DNA of 63,011 bases, the filler included, from Octopus bimaculoides (taxonomy: Eukaryota): the NCBI RefSeq assembly GCF_001194135.2. It is 6 parts of 6 records of this genome, joined end to end, with 100 filler letters (N's around TTAATTAATTAA, not from the genome) between each part and the next. Parts side by side here need not be neighbours in the genome. Positions count along the whole stretch, not along the records: positions 18,886 to 28,544 come from NC_068990.1; positions 28,645 to 46,122 come from NC_069007.1; 4 more parts are not named here. One strand, 5' to 3'. The notes under the pieces were generated by a model. That model saw nothing but the letters and a program-made list of their open reading frames with translations. It ran no database searches and was not told the origin of the DNA. Numbering within the stretch: the first letter of the stretch is position 1; each line of letters begins with the position of its first letter. Below are positions 27,185-38,801 of the stretch, piece by piece. A program made the position numbers and the translations under genes.

Positions 27185-27400
27185 TAACTCTTTCTACTCT
27201 TGGCTCAAGGCCTGTAATTTTGGGGGAGGGGGCCAGTCGATTAGATCAACCCAGTATGCAACTGGTACTTGATTTATCGACCCCGAAATGATGTAAGGCA
27301 AATTCAATCTCGGCAGAATTTGAATTCAGAACACAACAGCAGATGAAATACCGCTAAGCATTTCGCCCGGCGTGCTAACGACCCTGCCAGCTCACTGCCT
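27185..27400 (-). mobile_element. SINE family B
   Basis: Reverse complement of the family B head and body. Confidence 0.8.
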
Positions 27401-27417
27401 TACATGATAATAACAAC

Positions 27418-27467
<50 letters not shown>

Positions 27468-29055
27468 TAATAATCCCAATAATAGTTAATTGATATTGTT
27501 GTTTTTTGATGTTGCTGCTGTTACTGCCGTTGTTGAGGTAACTGCTTGTTGATTGCATAATCGCTGTAGATGATGCTGATGATGACGACGATGGTGGTGG
27601 TGGTGGTGGTGGTGGTGGCGATACGGTTGTTGTCTTCTTGTGTTTTCCTTCCTATTCTAAGCAGACTCATCTCACTAACTACTCGACAAGTGGAACGTGG
27701 CAGGGACTGTGGCTAGGCTGGTGGGGGTTGAGGATGTAGAAGAAAGAGTGGGTGAGAGAGAGAGAGAGAGAGCATGGTAGATGGGTAATAGGGGTGGAGA
27801 CGGATGTGGAGGAGAGTAGAAGTGAGAGGTGCGAATGAGGGTGGGGAGCTGTCTAAATGCGAAAAGAACATTCTCTTCACTTCAGGTGGGATACCTGGAG
27901 GAAAAAAAAAGAATAAAGAGGATAAAGACAGGGTACCCTAAAATACTTGATTTTTCTTTTCCCCATTTTTTTTTAACCTTGTTTTACAAAATAAAATAAA
28001 TAAACAAAGAAATACATAAATAAATATAACAGAAGGAAGAAAGTAATAAAGAAAGCGAAAAATAAGAAAAGAAGGTAACAAAGAAAAAAGAAAGAAAAAA
28101 ATAAGGTGATGAGAAAATAAAGGGAAGTTAACAATCAGCAGTTCATAAAAGGAATTACTCAGGATTTGAACCTTAAACACTGTGACTGGATTACTGGATT
28201 TACTATCAGGACATTAAAGGATAGAACACAGACACCAAGGTAAACATGTTATTGATTTCTTTTACTTGCTTTTATTTCTTTTACTTGCTTCAGTCATTTG
28301 ACTACGGCCATGCTGGAGTACTGCCTTTAAGTCGAACAAATCGCCCCCCTCCCCCACAGGACTTATTCTTTGTAAGTCTTAGCACTTATTCTATTGGTCT
28401 CTTTCACCGAACTGCTAGGTTACGGGGGGGGGGCGTAAACATGCCAACATCGGTTGTCAAGTGATGGTGGTGGGGACTAAACACAGACACACAAATACAT
28501 ACCTACCTACCTACATATATACATACATATATATATATATATACNNNNNNNNNNNNNNNNNNNNNNNNNNNNNNNNNNNNNNNNNNNNTTAATTAATTAA
28601 NNNNNNNNNNNNNNNNNNNNNNNNNNNNNNNNNNNNNNNNNNNNATATACATATATAAATCCATATATATACATATATAAATCCATATATATACATATAT
28701 AAATCCATATATATACATATATAAATCCATATATATACATATATAAATCCATATATATATATATATATATATATACAAATCTATATCTATACATAGATAT
28801 ATAAATCCATATATATACATATAAATACATATATATATATAAGCAATAATAAATCTCTGAACGAGGTATAAACAGTAGCTGCATGACTTCGTGGAGTATA
28901 TTTGCCACTTAAATGTGGCTAACCCTTAAGGATTGATGCTACTGTAGCTTGTAGCCCAAGGAGGACACCTCCTCCAGCTGCCTATCAACTGTGCCCTATT
29001 AGTATTTGCAAAGGGAAGTCACCCTTCCCATCTCCAGCCTGACGTGATACACACA

Positions 29056-29087
<32 letters not shown>

Positions 29088-29321
29088 GTATATGTGAAGA
29101 ATTGGGATGATGCCACGTAAAAGCATCCAGCACACTGTGTAAAGTGTTTGGCGTTAGGAAGGGCATCCAGCCACAGAAACCATGACAAATCAGACTGGAG
29201 TCTGGTGCAGCTCTCCAGCTCTGGTCACACCATCCAACCCATGCCAGCATGGACAATAGACATTAAATGATGATGATATATATTTGGATTGGATTGTCCA
29301 AATGTATAGATTGTTCACTGT

Positions 29322-29685
29322 GGAGGAGCATTGGGCCAGTGGTTAGGGCAGCAGACTCATGGTCATAGGATCATGGTTTTGATTCCCAGACCGAGCATTG
29401 TGAGTGTTTATTGAGTGAAAATACTTGAAGATCCGTGAGGCTCCGGCAGGGGATGGTGGCAAGCCCTGCTGTACTCTTTCATCACAACTTTCTCTCACTC
29501 TTTCTTCTTGTTTCTGTTGTGCCTGTAATTTAAAGGGCCAGCCTCGTCACACAGTGTCACGCTGAATTTTCCTGGGAACTACGTTAAGGGTACACATGTC
29601 TGAGGAGCACTCAGCCATTTGCATGTTAATTTCAAAAGCAGGCTGTTCCGTTGATCAGATCAACTGGAACCCTTGTCGTAACCAG
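29322..29685 (+). mobile_element. tRNA-derived SINE, family C
   Basis: A-box-like TGGGCCAGTGG and B-box-like GGTTTTGATTCC in a tRNA-like head, followed by a body unrelated to families A and B. Confidence 0.7.
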
Positions 29686-31357
29686 AGTGCCACAGTAGAT
29701 TTCCCACTGCAAGACGAGGGCCTCAGCATATTCTCTCCACCAATCCCAGTTGGCCTGATGGGCAGTCTGTGAATTTGCGACCATAATGGTCTGATTAGCC
29801 TAATCTGCTGCACTGGCTTGACAAGGCTTGGCCTGGGGGGGGGGGGGGGGTCATTTTTAATACTCATACGCAGTACTTAATTCGATTATATAGACCCCAG
29901 TGCACAACTGGTACTTATTTAATTCACCCCGAAAGGATTAATGGCAAAGTCGGCCACAGTGGAATCTGAACAAAATACCCCAAAGCATCTCGCCTCACAT
30001 GCTAACGATTCTACCAGCTCGCCAACATATATAAATATATACCTATTTGAGTCTCATTATGTGTTTCTCACCAACCACTGCTTGACAACCGGTGCTGGTT
30101 TGTTTATGTTCCCGTAACAGAGCTTCAGCAAAGAATCTAATAGAATAAGTACCAAGTTTTAAAAAGAAGTAGTGGGGGTGGTTCATTTGACTAAACCTCT
30201 TCGAAGCAGTGCTCCAGCATGGCTGCAACAAGTAAAAGACCATGATTTATAAGGATATCGATATTTGCTATTGATTTTCTTTTTATCATTGGCCAGCTTA
30301 TGGTTGTAGTAGTTATCTCCCTTGGCTTGGATTGTTTTTTTTTTCCACAACTCTTGTTTATCTTTCGGAATTACGGAGATGTACTTGCATAGCAAGTGAC
30401 ATGATCTGAGATCGTGTGCTGGAACGAAAACAATTGCAGCATGGAAGGTGTTTATAAGCCATTGTCAGTGAACAGGTCGCGGTCTCAAAGCGACAAAAAT
30501 ATTTTGACAAATTAAATTTAAATGTTGAAGTGAATCTAACGGTTTTTGTGTGTTATTTTAAATGGCTTATAAACACCTTCCACACTGCAATTGTTCTTGT
30601 TTATCTGTTNNNNNNNNNNNNNNNNNNNNNNNNNNNNNNNNNNNNNNNNNNNNNNNNNNNNNNNNNNNNNNNNNNNNNNNNNNNNNNNNNNNNNNNNNNN
30701 NNNNNNNNNNNNNNNNNNNNNNNNNNNNNNNNNNNNNNNNNNNNNNNNNNNNNNNNNNNNNNNNNNNNNNNNNNNNNNNNNNNNNNNNNNNNNNNNNNNN
30801 NNNNNNNNNNNNNNNNNNNNNNNNNNNNNNNNNNNNNNNNNNNNNNNNNNNNNNNNNNNNNNNNNNNNNNNNNNNNNNNNNNNNNNNNNNNNNNNNNNNN
30901 NNNNNNNNNNNNNNNNNNNNNNNNNNNNNNNNNNNNNNNNNNNNNNNNNNNNNNNNNNNNNNNNNNNNNNNNNNNNNNNNNNNNNNNNNNNNNNNNNNNN
31001 NNNNNNNNNNNNNNNNNNNNNNNNNNNNNNNNNNNNNNNNNNNNNNNNNNNNNNNNNNNNNNNNNNNNNNNNNNNNNNNNNNNNNNNNNNNNNNNNNNNN
31101 NNNNNNNNNNNNNNNNNNNNNNNNNNNNNNNNNNNNNNNNNNNNNNNNNNNNNNNNNNNNNNNNNNNNNNNNNNNNNNNNNNNNNNNNNNNNNNNNNNNN
31201 NNNNNNNNNNNNNNNNNNNNNNNNNNNNNNNNNNNNNNNNNNNNNNNNNNNNNNNNNNNNNNNNNNNNNNNNNNNNNNNNNNNNNNNNNTTCCTTAGGAT
31301 AAAGATTTTGTCCCTTGGCTTGGATTATTCCAGATAATGGTGAAACATGAGACTTAC

Positions 31358-31431
31358 CAGTATGTGTGCGTGTGTGTGTCTTTAAATGGTGACTGGCAGC
31401 AAAAGCTTTACCACAACCATTTTCACTGCAT
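31358..31431 (-). CDS. MTF1: MTF1 internal coding exon, finger 5 (74 nt, phase 2 to phase 1)
   Basis: Acceptor ttttttctctcctccaacag and donor GTAAGT. Translates [24 protein letters not shown](G); [15 protein letters not shown] is diagnostic of MTF1 finger 5. Confidence 0.95.
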
Positions 31432-31771
31432 CTGTTGGAGGAGAGAAAAAAAAGAAACAGAAAAACCAAATATCATCATCATCATCATCATTTAATGTCT
31501 GTTTTCTATGCTGGCATGGGTTGGACAGTTTGGTGAGAGCTGTCCAAATTCCAACTGTCTGTTTTGGCATGGTTCTATGGCTGGATGCCCTTCCTAATGC
31601 CAACCACTTTACAAAATGTGGACAGGTGCTTTTTATGCGCCACTGGTACAGGTGTGTGTGTACGTAGCACCGGCACAAGGGCATTTTATGTGGCACTGGC
31701 ATGAGAGCAAATTATGTGGCACCAGCACGAGTGCCTTTTACATGGCACAGTCGCCTGCAAAGAAGATGCCT

Positions 31772-32654
31772 GGGATCTTTACCCTTTGAACGGCACATCG
31801 AGAAATTAATTTTTTGTAACTAAACACTTTCAAACTTCAGACACTGGTAGAATGTGTCATATAAAACATATTTTCTCTTAGTGTTGTTGAGAAAAGTTTG
31901 TATTTTTAAAGTTATTCCGTGTTAAAGTTGTCGCATTTTGGTAATTTAAACCAATCAATGATGTGTATTCAGCTGAATAAAATTACTGCCGTTGTTTGTC
32001 AACAACAACTTCCGGCGGTGTATATTTCGTTTGTCACTGTTATTTATGACATATTTCATCTCAGTTATGTTTGTATGAATAAACGAGTGTATCTGAAGCA
32101 TGTTTACTTCATGGCACCTCCACAATTGTTCCTGCATTTCTACTGCTTTTAGTTTTCTTTTCCTGTTTTTCAGCTACTATTTTCAGAAAGACAACTTTAA
32201 CATGAAATAACTTTGAAAATACAAACTTTTCTCAACAACGCTAAGAGTAAAAGATGTTTTATATGACACATTCTACCAGTGCCCGAAGTTTGAAAGTGTT
32301 ANNNNNNNNNNNNNNNNNNNNNNNNNNNNNNNNNNNNNNNNNNNNNNNNNNNNNNNNNNNNNNNNNNNNNNNNNNNNNNNNNNNNNNNNNNNNNNNNNNN
32401 NNNNNNNNNNNNNNNNNNNNNNNNNNNNNNNNNNNNNNNNNNNNNNNNNNNNNNNNNNNNNNNNNNNNNNNNNNNNNNNNNNNNNNNNNNNNNNNNNNNN
32501 NNNNNNTGAAATAACTTTGAAAATACAAACTTTTCTCAACAACGCTAAGAGTAAAAGATGTTTTATATGACACATTCTACCAGTGCCCGAAGTTTGAAAG
32601 TGTTAAGTTACAAAAAATGAATTTCTCAATCTGCCGTTCAAAAGGAAAAGATCT
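31772..32654. mobile_element. Non-autonomous DNA element with ~150-bp TIRs, in an MTF1 intron
   Basis: Left gggatctttaccctttgaacggca...gacactggtagaatgtgtcatataaaac is mirrored at 32190-32654. The same left end recurs at about 62886. Confidence 0.8.
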
Positions 32655-33100
32655 GATGCTTGTATGTATGACTGCGATCTCAGTTTGACACGTCTTCTTA
32701 CAACTCCTGGTCCCTTGTTATTTTCTCAGTGAGGCCCAGCATCTGAAGATCCTTTCTCACCACTTCATCCCATGTCTTCTTGAGTTGACCCCTTCTACAG
32801 GTTCCCTTCACAATATATGCAAGACAAGAACACCCAAAGTCCTCATGTACAACCAGCTTGATAGCAGGCACAAGAAAGTTGGTTGACAGTGGCTCAGATG
32901 CAAAGACAAGCTGAAGGGTAACCTCTCACCAGTCAATATGGCTCACAACACCTTTGAGCAAACATCGCAGAGTGAACAAAATGGAGAAAATTGTGCAAAA
33001 AGCATTAACAGACTAAGGAGTGCAAGGCAAAGCAGGAAAGTGGCTGTGAATATAACACCTACAACGACCCCTAATCCTCACACTTGCAACACCTGCAGGC
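32655..33100. mobile_element. Two adjacent RTE-type 3' fragments in opposite orientation
   Basis: Minus strand: VKGTCRRGQLKKTWDEVVRKDLQMLGLTEKITRDQEL. Plus strand: RTPKVLMYNQLDSRHKKVG*QWLRCKDKLKGNL. Confidence 0.65.
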
Positions 33101-33236
33101 TTTTTGTTTTGCAAATTGTTGGTGAACCTGGGATCTTGTGGTTTGGAAGTGAAGTATAACCATTTGGACATATTACACACATACACATGTAGATATATGT
33201 GCGTGTGTGTGTGTGTGCGTGTGCGTGTGCGTGTGC

Positions 33237-33281
<45 letters not shown>

Positions 33282-34054
33282 GTAGCTAGCTTTTCCTGGC
33301 AGGTGGCCATGTAGCTCCTCTATAGCAAGAGAGAGCTCTACTCCCAACTCTTGCCTCATATCCCAACCTTATCTAACATTATGACTGACAAAGAGTGTGT
33401 ATGGTGTTGGATCCCCATACGTTGAATCTGACGAGAGACTTTACCATAAGGTATAAATAACAGTCATTACACATTTTTCTTTACTGCAGTAAATTTGGCT
33501 TCCAGTTGTAAGCCAAATTAACAGCAATTAAGAAAAAATATGTAACGATCATTATTTATACCTTGTCTTGTATCTATCACTGTAAAAACCAGCATAACTA
33601 TAGTACAACCATGGATTTACAATATAGAAGGGGGATATATATATATATATATATATATATTTATTGTTGCTATTATGTTAAACTGTCGTATGTTCAAATT
33701 TGGCTAAATGCGTTTTTTTAAATATTTAATTTTGCTTGCAGTAGCCAGTTCTTTCAGTCAAACTGTCGTATCTCCAGCTGCTTCAGATGCCAAGATATGA
33801 AAATTGTCAAAGTGTAGTACAACAGTTTAGCATTTTTCAAAAGTGTAGCAAGTCCCACATATGACAGTTTTGCAAGAATATTTCCGACTGAAAATATTGT
33901 ACAAGCATAGAGTTACGATTTTATGCACCGAACAAAGTATTATTGTTAAGCTGAAACTGTTGCTAATGTAAAAAGAAATAGAATGGCGAAACTATTTTTT
34001 CGCTTTCTGAAAAGGAAACGTTTTGGAGTTATGACACTTTTACATAATAGCAAT

Positions 34055-34099
<45 letters not shown>

Positions 34100-34103
<4 letters not shown>

Positions 34104-34318
34104 AGTGGTGCTGAAAAGTTTCTGGGTTTAAGAGTATCATGAAAACCCTGGTTGGAGGTTCAACCTTCAAGTTCTTTTACAAGGTTTACCAAAACTGATG
34201 GACCGCTGCAATAGGTTTGTGAATCTGAGAGGGGAATATGTTGAATAAGATCATAATTAACTGATCCTCTTGTTTTTTCTTTTACCCAAAGTCAGCAACT
34301 TTTCAGCAGCCCCTTGTA
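34100..34318 (+). mobile_element. Mariner-derived MITE
   Basis: Ends share gctgaaaagtt in inverted orientation; the interior KLMDRCNRFVNLRGEYVE* resembles a mariner C-terminus. Confidence 0.65.
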
Positions 34319-34430
34319 TACTATGAAAGGAAAGCTGTGTGTATTGAGTGTGTCTGTTTAGTCACCAGGTAGGATTTCTGTTATTCTGATGTCTTCTGCA
34401 AATGTAGAACAACATGAAAGAGATACTTAC

Positions 34431-34562
34431 TTGTAAGGCCGTTCCCCGGTGTGTGTTCGAATGTGCTTCCGTAGATCACTCAATGTGGTGAAGTATTTTG
34501 TGCACCCGTTTTCATCGCAGTTAAACGTATCTCCAGTGTGTAAGCGCTGATGGGCACGTAAC
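34431..34562 (-). CDS. MTF1: MTF1 internal coding exon, end of finger 3 and finger 4 (132 nt, phase 2 to phase 2)
   Basis: Acceptor ctttcctgtccttgtctctctag and donor GTAAGT. Translates [43 protein letters not shown](K), in frame with both neighbouring exons. Not in the ORF track because it lacks a start codon. Confidence 0.95.
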
Positions 34563-34624
34563 CTAGAGAGACAAGGACAGGAAAGAAAAAAAAAATATAA
34601 ACACAAAGAAATAAACTACATAGG

Positions 34625-34792
34625 TGCAGGAGTGGCTGTGTGGTAAGTAGCTTGCTTACCAAGCACATGGTTCTGGGTTCAGTCCCACTGTGTGGCACCT
34701 TGGGCAAGTGTCTTCTACTATAGCCTTGGGACAACCAAAGCCTTGTGAGTGGATTTGATAGATGGAAACTGAAAGAAGCCCATCGTATATAT
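34625..34792 (+). mobile_element. SINE family A head, in the intron between MTF1 exons
   Basis: ggagtggctgtgtggtaagtagc...ccttgggcaagtgtctt...gaagcccatcg followed by (AT)n and a gap. Confidence 0.88.
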
Positions 34793-35375
34793 NNNNNNNN
34801 NNNNNNNNNNNNNNNNNNNNNNNNNNNNNNNNNNNNNNNNNNNNNNNNNNNNNNNNNNNNNNNNNNNNNNNNNNNNNNNNNNNNNNNNNNNNNNNNNNNN
34901 NNNNNNNNNNNNNNNNNNNNNNNNNNNNNNNNNNNNNNNNNNNNNNNNNNNNNNNNNNNNNNNNNNNNNNNNNNNNNNNNNNNNNNNNNNNNNNNNNNNN
35001 NNNNNNNNNNNNNNNNNNNNNNNNNNNNNNNNNNNNNNNNNNNNNNNNNNNNNNNNNNNNNNNNNNNNNNNNNNNNNNNNNNNNNNNNNNNNNNNNNNNN
35101 NNNNNNNNNNNNNNNNNNNNNNNNNNNNNNNNNNNNNNNNNNNNNNNNNNNNNNNNNNNNNNNNNNNNNNNNNNNNNNNNNNNNNNNNNNNNNNNNNNNN
35201 NNNNNNNNNNNNNNNNNNNNNNNNNNNNNNNNNNNNNNNNNNNNNNNNNNNNNNNNNNNNNNNNNNNNNNNNNNNNNNNNNNNNNNNNNNNNNNNNNNNN
35301 NNNNNNNNNNNNNNNNNNNNNNNNNNNNNNNNNNNNNNNNNNNNNNNNNNNNNNNNNNNNNNNNNNNNNNNNNNN

Positions 35376-35512
35376 TCACCAGTCCTCAGTCAAACCGTCC
35401 AACCCATGCCAGCATGGAAAGCGGACGTTAAATGATGATGATGATGATGTCGTCGTTTAACGTCCGCTTTCCATGCTGGCATGGGTTGGACGGTTTGACT
35501 GAGGACTGGTGA
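35376..35512. repeat. Tail-to-tail palindrome of two RTE-tailed repeats
   Basis: 57-bp arms (35376-35432 and 35456-35512) are exact reverse complements around a 23-nt (TGA)n-rich loop. Confidence 0.85.
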
Positions 35513-35912
35513 GCCAGAAGGCTGCACCAGGCTCCAATCTGATCCGGCAAAGTTTCTACAGCTGGATGCCCCTCCTGCGCATGTATCTATATGTGTGTGA
35601 GAACGTGTGTGCATTTATTAATGTGAGCATGTATTTGTGTGTATATCATCATCATCATCATCATCATCATCATCGTTTAACATCCGCTTTCCATGCTAGC
35701 ATGGGTTGGACGATTTGACTGAGGACTGGTGAAACCGGATGGCAACACCAGGCTCCAATCTAATTTGGCAGAGTTTCTACAGCTGGATGCCCTTCCTAAC
35801 GCCAACCACTCAGAGAGTGTAGTATATATGTGTGTACAATTGTATTTCTATACATATGTGTATCAGTGTGAGTGATAGAGTGAGAGAGAGAGAGAGAGAG
35901 AGAGTCGCTCAC

Positions 35913-36063
35913 CTGTACAAAGTATTAAATGCTTTTTCACAGCCTTTCATGTCACACTCGTATGGCTTTTCCTTTGTGTGTACCCGAACATGCGTCTTTA
36001 AACTGTATGATGTGAGGAAGGTCTTGCCACAACCCTCAAGGTTGCATAAAAACTGGTAATCCC
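35913..36063 (-). CDS. MTF1: MTF1 internal coding exon, C2H2 fingers 2-3 (151 nt, phase 1 to phase 2)
   Basis: Acceptor ccaacag and donor GTGAG. Translates (G)[49 protein letters not shown](R), matching the vertebrate MTF1 stretch [50 protein letters not shown] as I recall it. Confidence 0.95.
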
Positions 36064-36480
36064 CTGTTGGTATCAACCACATCACACAGAAACACGAAAC
36101 AGCACCGGAGAATAAAATGATAAAACAGAAATAAAGTGTGAGGAATATAAATGAAAAAAAAAAAAAGACAAAACAAAAAAAACAAGCAATTGCTATTAAA
36201 GACAAAGATAAAATACTGAATTGGCCAAAAGGTCTAGTTTTGGTCATGACTAAACTTCAAGCACTCTGACAAGTAGCTATTTCACCCACGTACTGGGTAG
36301 ATATCTGGCATTTCAACTTAGTTTGACAAACTTGCAATGAGACTGGTTGTATTGTGGGTGCTTGGAATGACACTGAAAATGGAGAGGCAAAACATTATCG
36401 ACATCACATGCTTCCTTGTTTTAAAGAACGGCAAGAAAATGGTGGAAAGCTGCAGGAAGCTAAATGCTGTGTACAAAGAT

Positions 36481-36920
36481 GTTTTATTTACATTTGATGG
36501 ATATTTGCCCCCATCTTGTTTGTTCTTAACACGTTTTGGCTGATATACCCTCCAGCCTTCATCAGGTGTCTTCAGGAAATTTTGAACCTGGGTTCTCATT
36601 CCTAAGGTATTTTTCGATATTATTATTATTCAGGTCACTGCCTGGAATTGAACTTGGAATCTTGAGGTTAGTAGTCTGTGCTCTTAACCACAAGATTCCA
36701 AGTTCGATTCCAGGCAGTGACCATAATCATAATAATAACAACAACAACATCGAAAAATACCTTAGCAATGAGAACCCAGGTTTGAAATTTCCCCAAGATA
36801 CCTGATGAAGGCTGGAGAGTATATCAGCCGAGACGTTGTGTTAACAACAAACAAGATGAGGACAAATATCCGTCAAAAGTAAATAATGTACATAATTCCT
36901 CATCTCTTAAATATAGAACT
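36481..36920. mobile_element. Head-to-head pair of a tRNA-headed SINE (family D) forming a ~400-nt fold-back
   Basis: The minus copy has an A-box gtggttaag and a B-box gttcaattcc. The plus copy starts at 36691 without the A-box. The bodies are mirror images around a 26-nt loop. Confidence 0.88.
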
Positions 36921-37169
36921 GAAAGATGCTGTTATGGAATGTGTGTGTGCCAGAAGTAGTTTTCAAGATGCACCTGACTATGGCTGGTCAACTGAGATTA
37001 ACAGCGACACCAATCCCAGTCATACAATCAGGGTGATTGCAAATAATCCCCCAAATATCCAAATTCAGTGCTGAGGACATTTGCTTAAACTTTGTTATAT
37101 CAGCAGGCTTGATGTTTGGGGTTCAACGTCGGTTGAATAAGTAACTTTGACCAATAAATCTCCATCAAC

Positions 37170-37620
37170 AATTCATTGCAGAAACATGAAAATGATCCTC
37201 TTTTTTGAAGAGAATGGTGACATGAGATAAAAAAGTGGAACATCTATAACAATGTGAAGTACAAATGGTCAACCTCTGAAGCAGGACTTGATCTGGAGAA
37301 GGCCATGCTTTCGATTTGGTGTGATTGGAAGGGTGTTGTCTCTTATGAGCTTCTTTCTACAGACAGGACCATCAATTCGAATGTGTACAGTGAGACCAAC
37401 CAGCTGGATGAATTAAATGCAGTGATCTACCAGAAGCATCCATCTTGCTAATTTTAATGGAATTGTCTTTCATTACGACAATGCCAGACTGCATACTTCT
37501 TTGCAGATGCATCAATCAGAAGTTGCCAGAGCTTGGTTGAGAAGTTTCCCCTCCCCACCAACCCCACATCTTCAGATTTCCACCCATTTCAGTCCCTTCA
37601 AAATTCACTGATGAGATCAA
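37170..37620 (+). mobile_element. Mariner transposase fragment, degenerate
   Basis: YNNVKYKW..KAMLSIWCDWKGVVSYELL..TINSNVY..QLDELNAVI..IVFHYDNARLHTSL. Confidence 0.8.
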
Positions 37621-37789
37621 TAGAATAAGAACCATCCTAAAAAAAAAAAAATTGTTAATAAAACACAAGTCCTGGGGTTGACTTGTTTGACTAAAATTCT
37701 TCAAGGTGGCGCTCCAGCATGACTGAAGACTAATGAGAACATTACTATCGAAGGCCAGAAAACTGTATAGATGTATAGGGGTTAAAAAA

Positions 37790-38750
37790 GTATGGAAGTA
37801 TAACAGCAGCAGATGAAAAGAGGGTGGAATTCTGGTTTAAGCACCCCACATTTTTTATATTTTGGACTTTTCAGAAAATTTTTGCTAATTTACTCTTTTG
37901 ACTCTTTTACTAGTTTCAGTCATTTGGCTGCGGCCATGCTGGAGCACCGCCTTTAGTCAAGCAAATTGACCCCAGGACTTATTCTTTGTAAACCTAGTAC
38001 TTATTCTATTGGTCTCTTTTGCCAAACTGTTAAGTTACGGGGATGTAAACACACCACCATTGGTTGTCAAGCGATGTTGGGGGGACAAACACAGACACAC
38101 AGACATATACATACATACATACATATATATATACACACACACACACACACATATATATATGACGGGCTTCTTTCAGTTTCCGTCTACCAAATCCACTCAC
38201 AAGGCTTTGGTCAGCCCGAGGTTATAGTAGAAGACACTTACCCAAGGTGCCACGTAGTGGGAATGAACCCGGAACCGTGTGGTTGGTAAGCAAGCTACTT
38301 ACCACATAGCCACTCCTGCATGAGAATTGATTACGGAAAAAAATGTTTTTAAAATTCTTTTTAACCCCACCCTCCCTCCACTAAATCCTAAAACTTCCAC
38401 TCTTTTTTGAATATTTTTAAAAATCAGAGTTTGAAATATGGACAGTCCAAATTTTTTGCTTAAATGCCAGCAATGGATCACCCTTGGGTGCATAATCATT
38501 CCATTCAATGTGCTCATGGGGAGAAAAATATTGAAAAAATTACGTAAGAGTGAGGAAGGTATCAGGTGGTTGTGAGATGTGCAAAAAACAACAGCTAAAT
38601 CACAGATAAGAAAATTTATTATTTTTATAATCGTATAAATTCTTGTGTGTAGAACACAAATTCACAAAAATTTTCTGAAATCACCCCCCCACCATCCAAA
38701 GTTATGAGGGGTTTATATGGGGTGCTTAAATCAGAATTCCGCTGAAAAGT
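37790..38750. mobile_element. Probable MITE with inverted subterminal blocks and a nested SINE
   Basis: ggaattctg(g/a)tttaagcacccca and ttcagaaaatttttg occur near 37830-37885 and in reverse complement near 38660-38740. Confidence 0.45.
37905..38319 (-). mobile_element. SINE family A, full length
   Basis: Tail, internal CA/TA microsatellite and complete tRNA-derived head ending cttaccacatagccactcctgc. Confidence 0.9.
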
Positions 38751-38801
38751 GTTCAATACCAGCAGCACTAGATTGCTACTAATGATGCTCAAAGAAGCAG
38801 A

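Noticed and set aside
32203-32605. Identical ~99-bp direct repeat on both sides of a gap
   Set aside because: Exact duplication across a gap is typical of unmerged overlapping contig ends.
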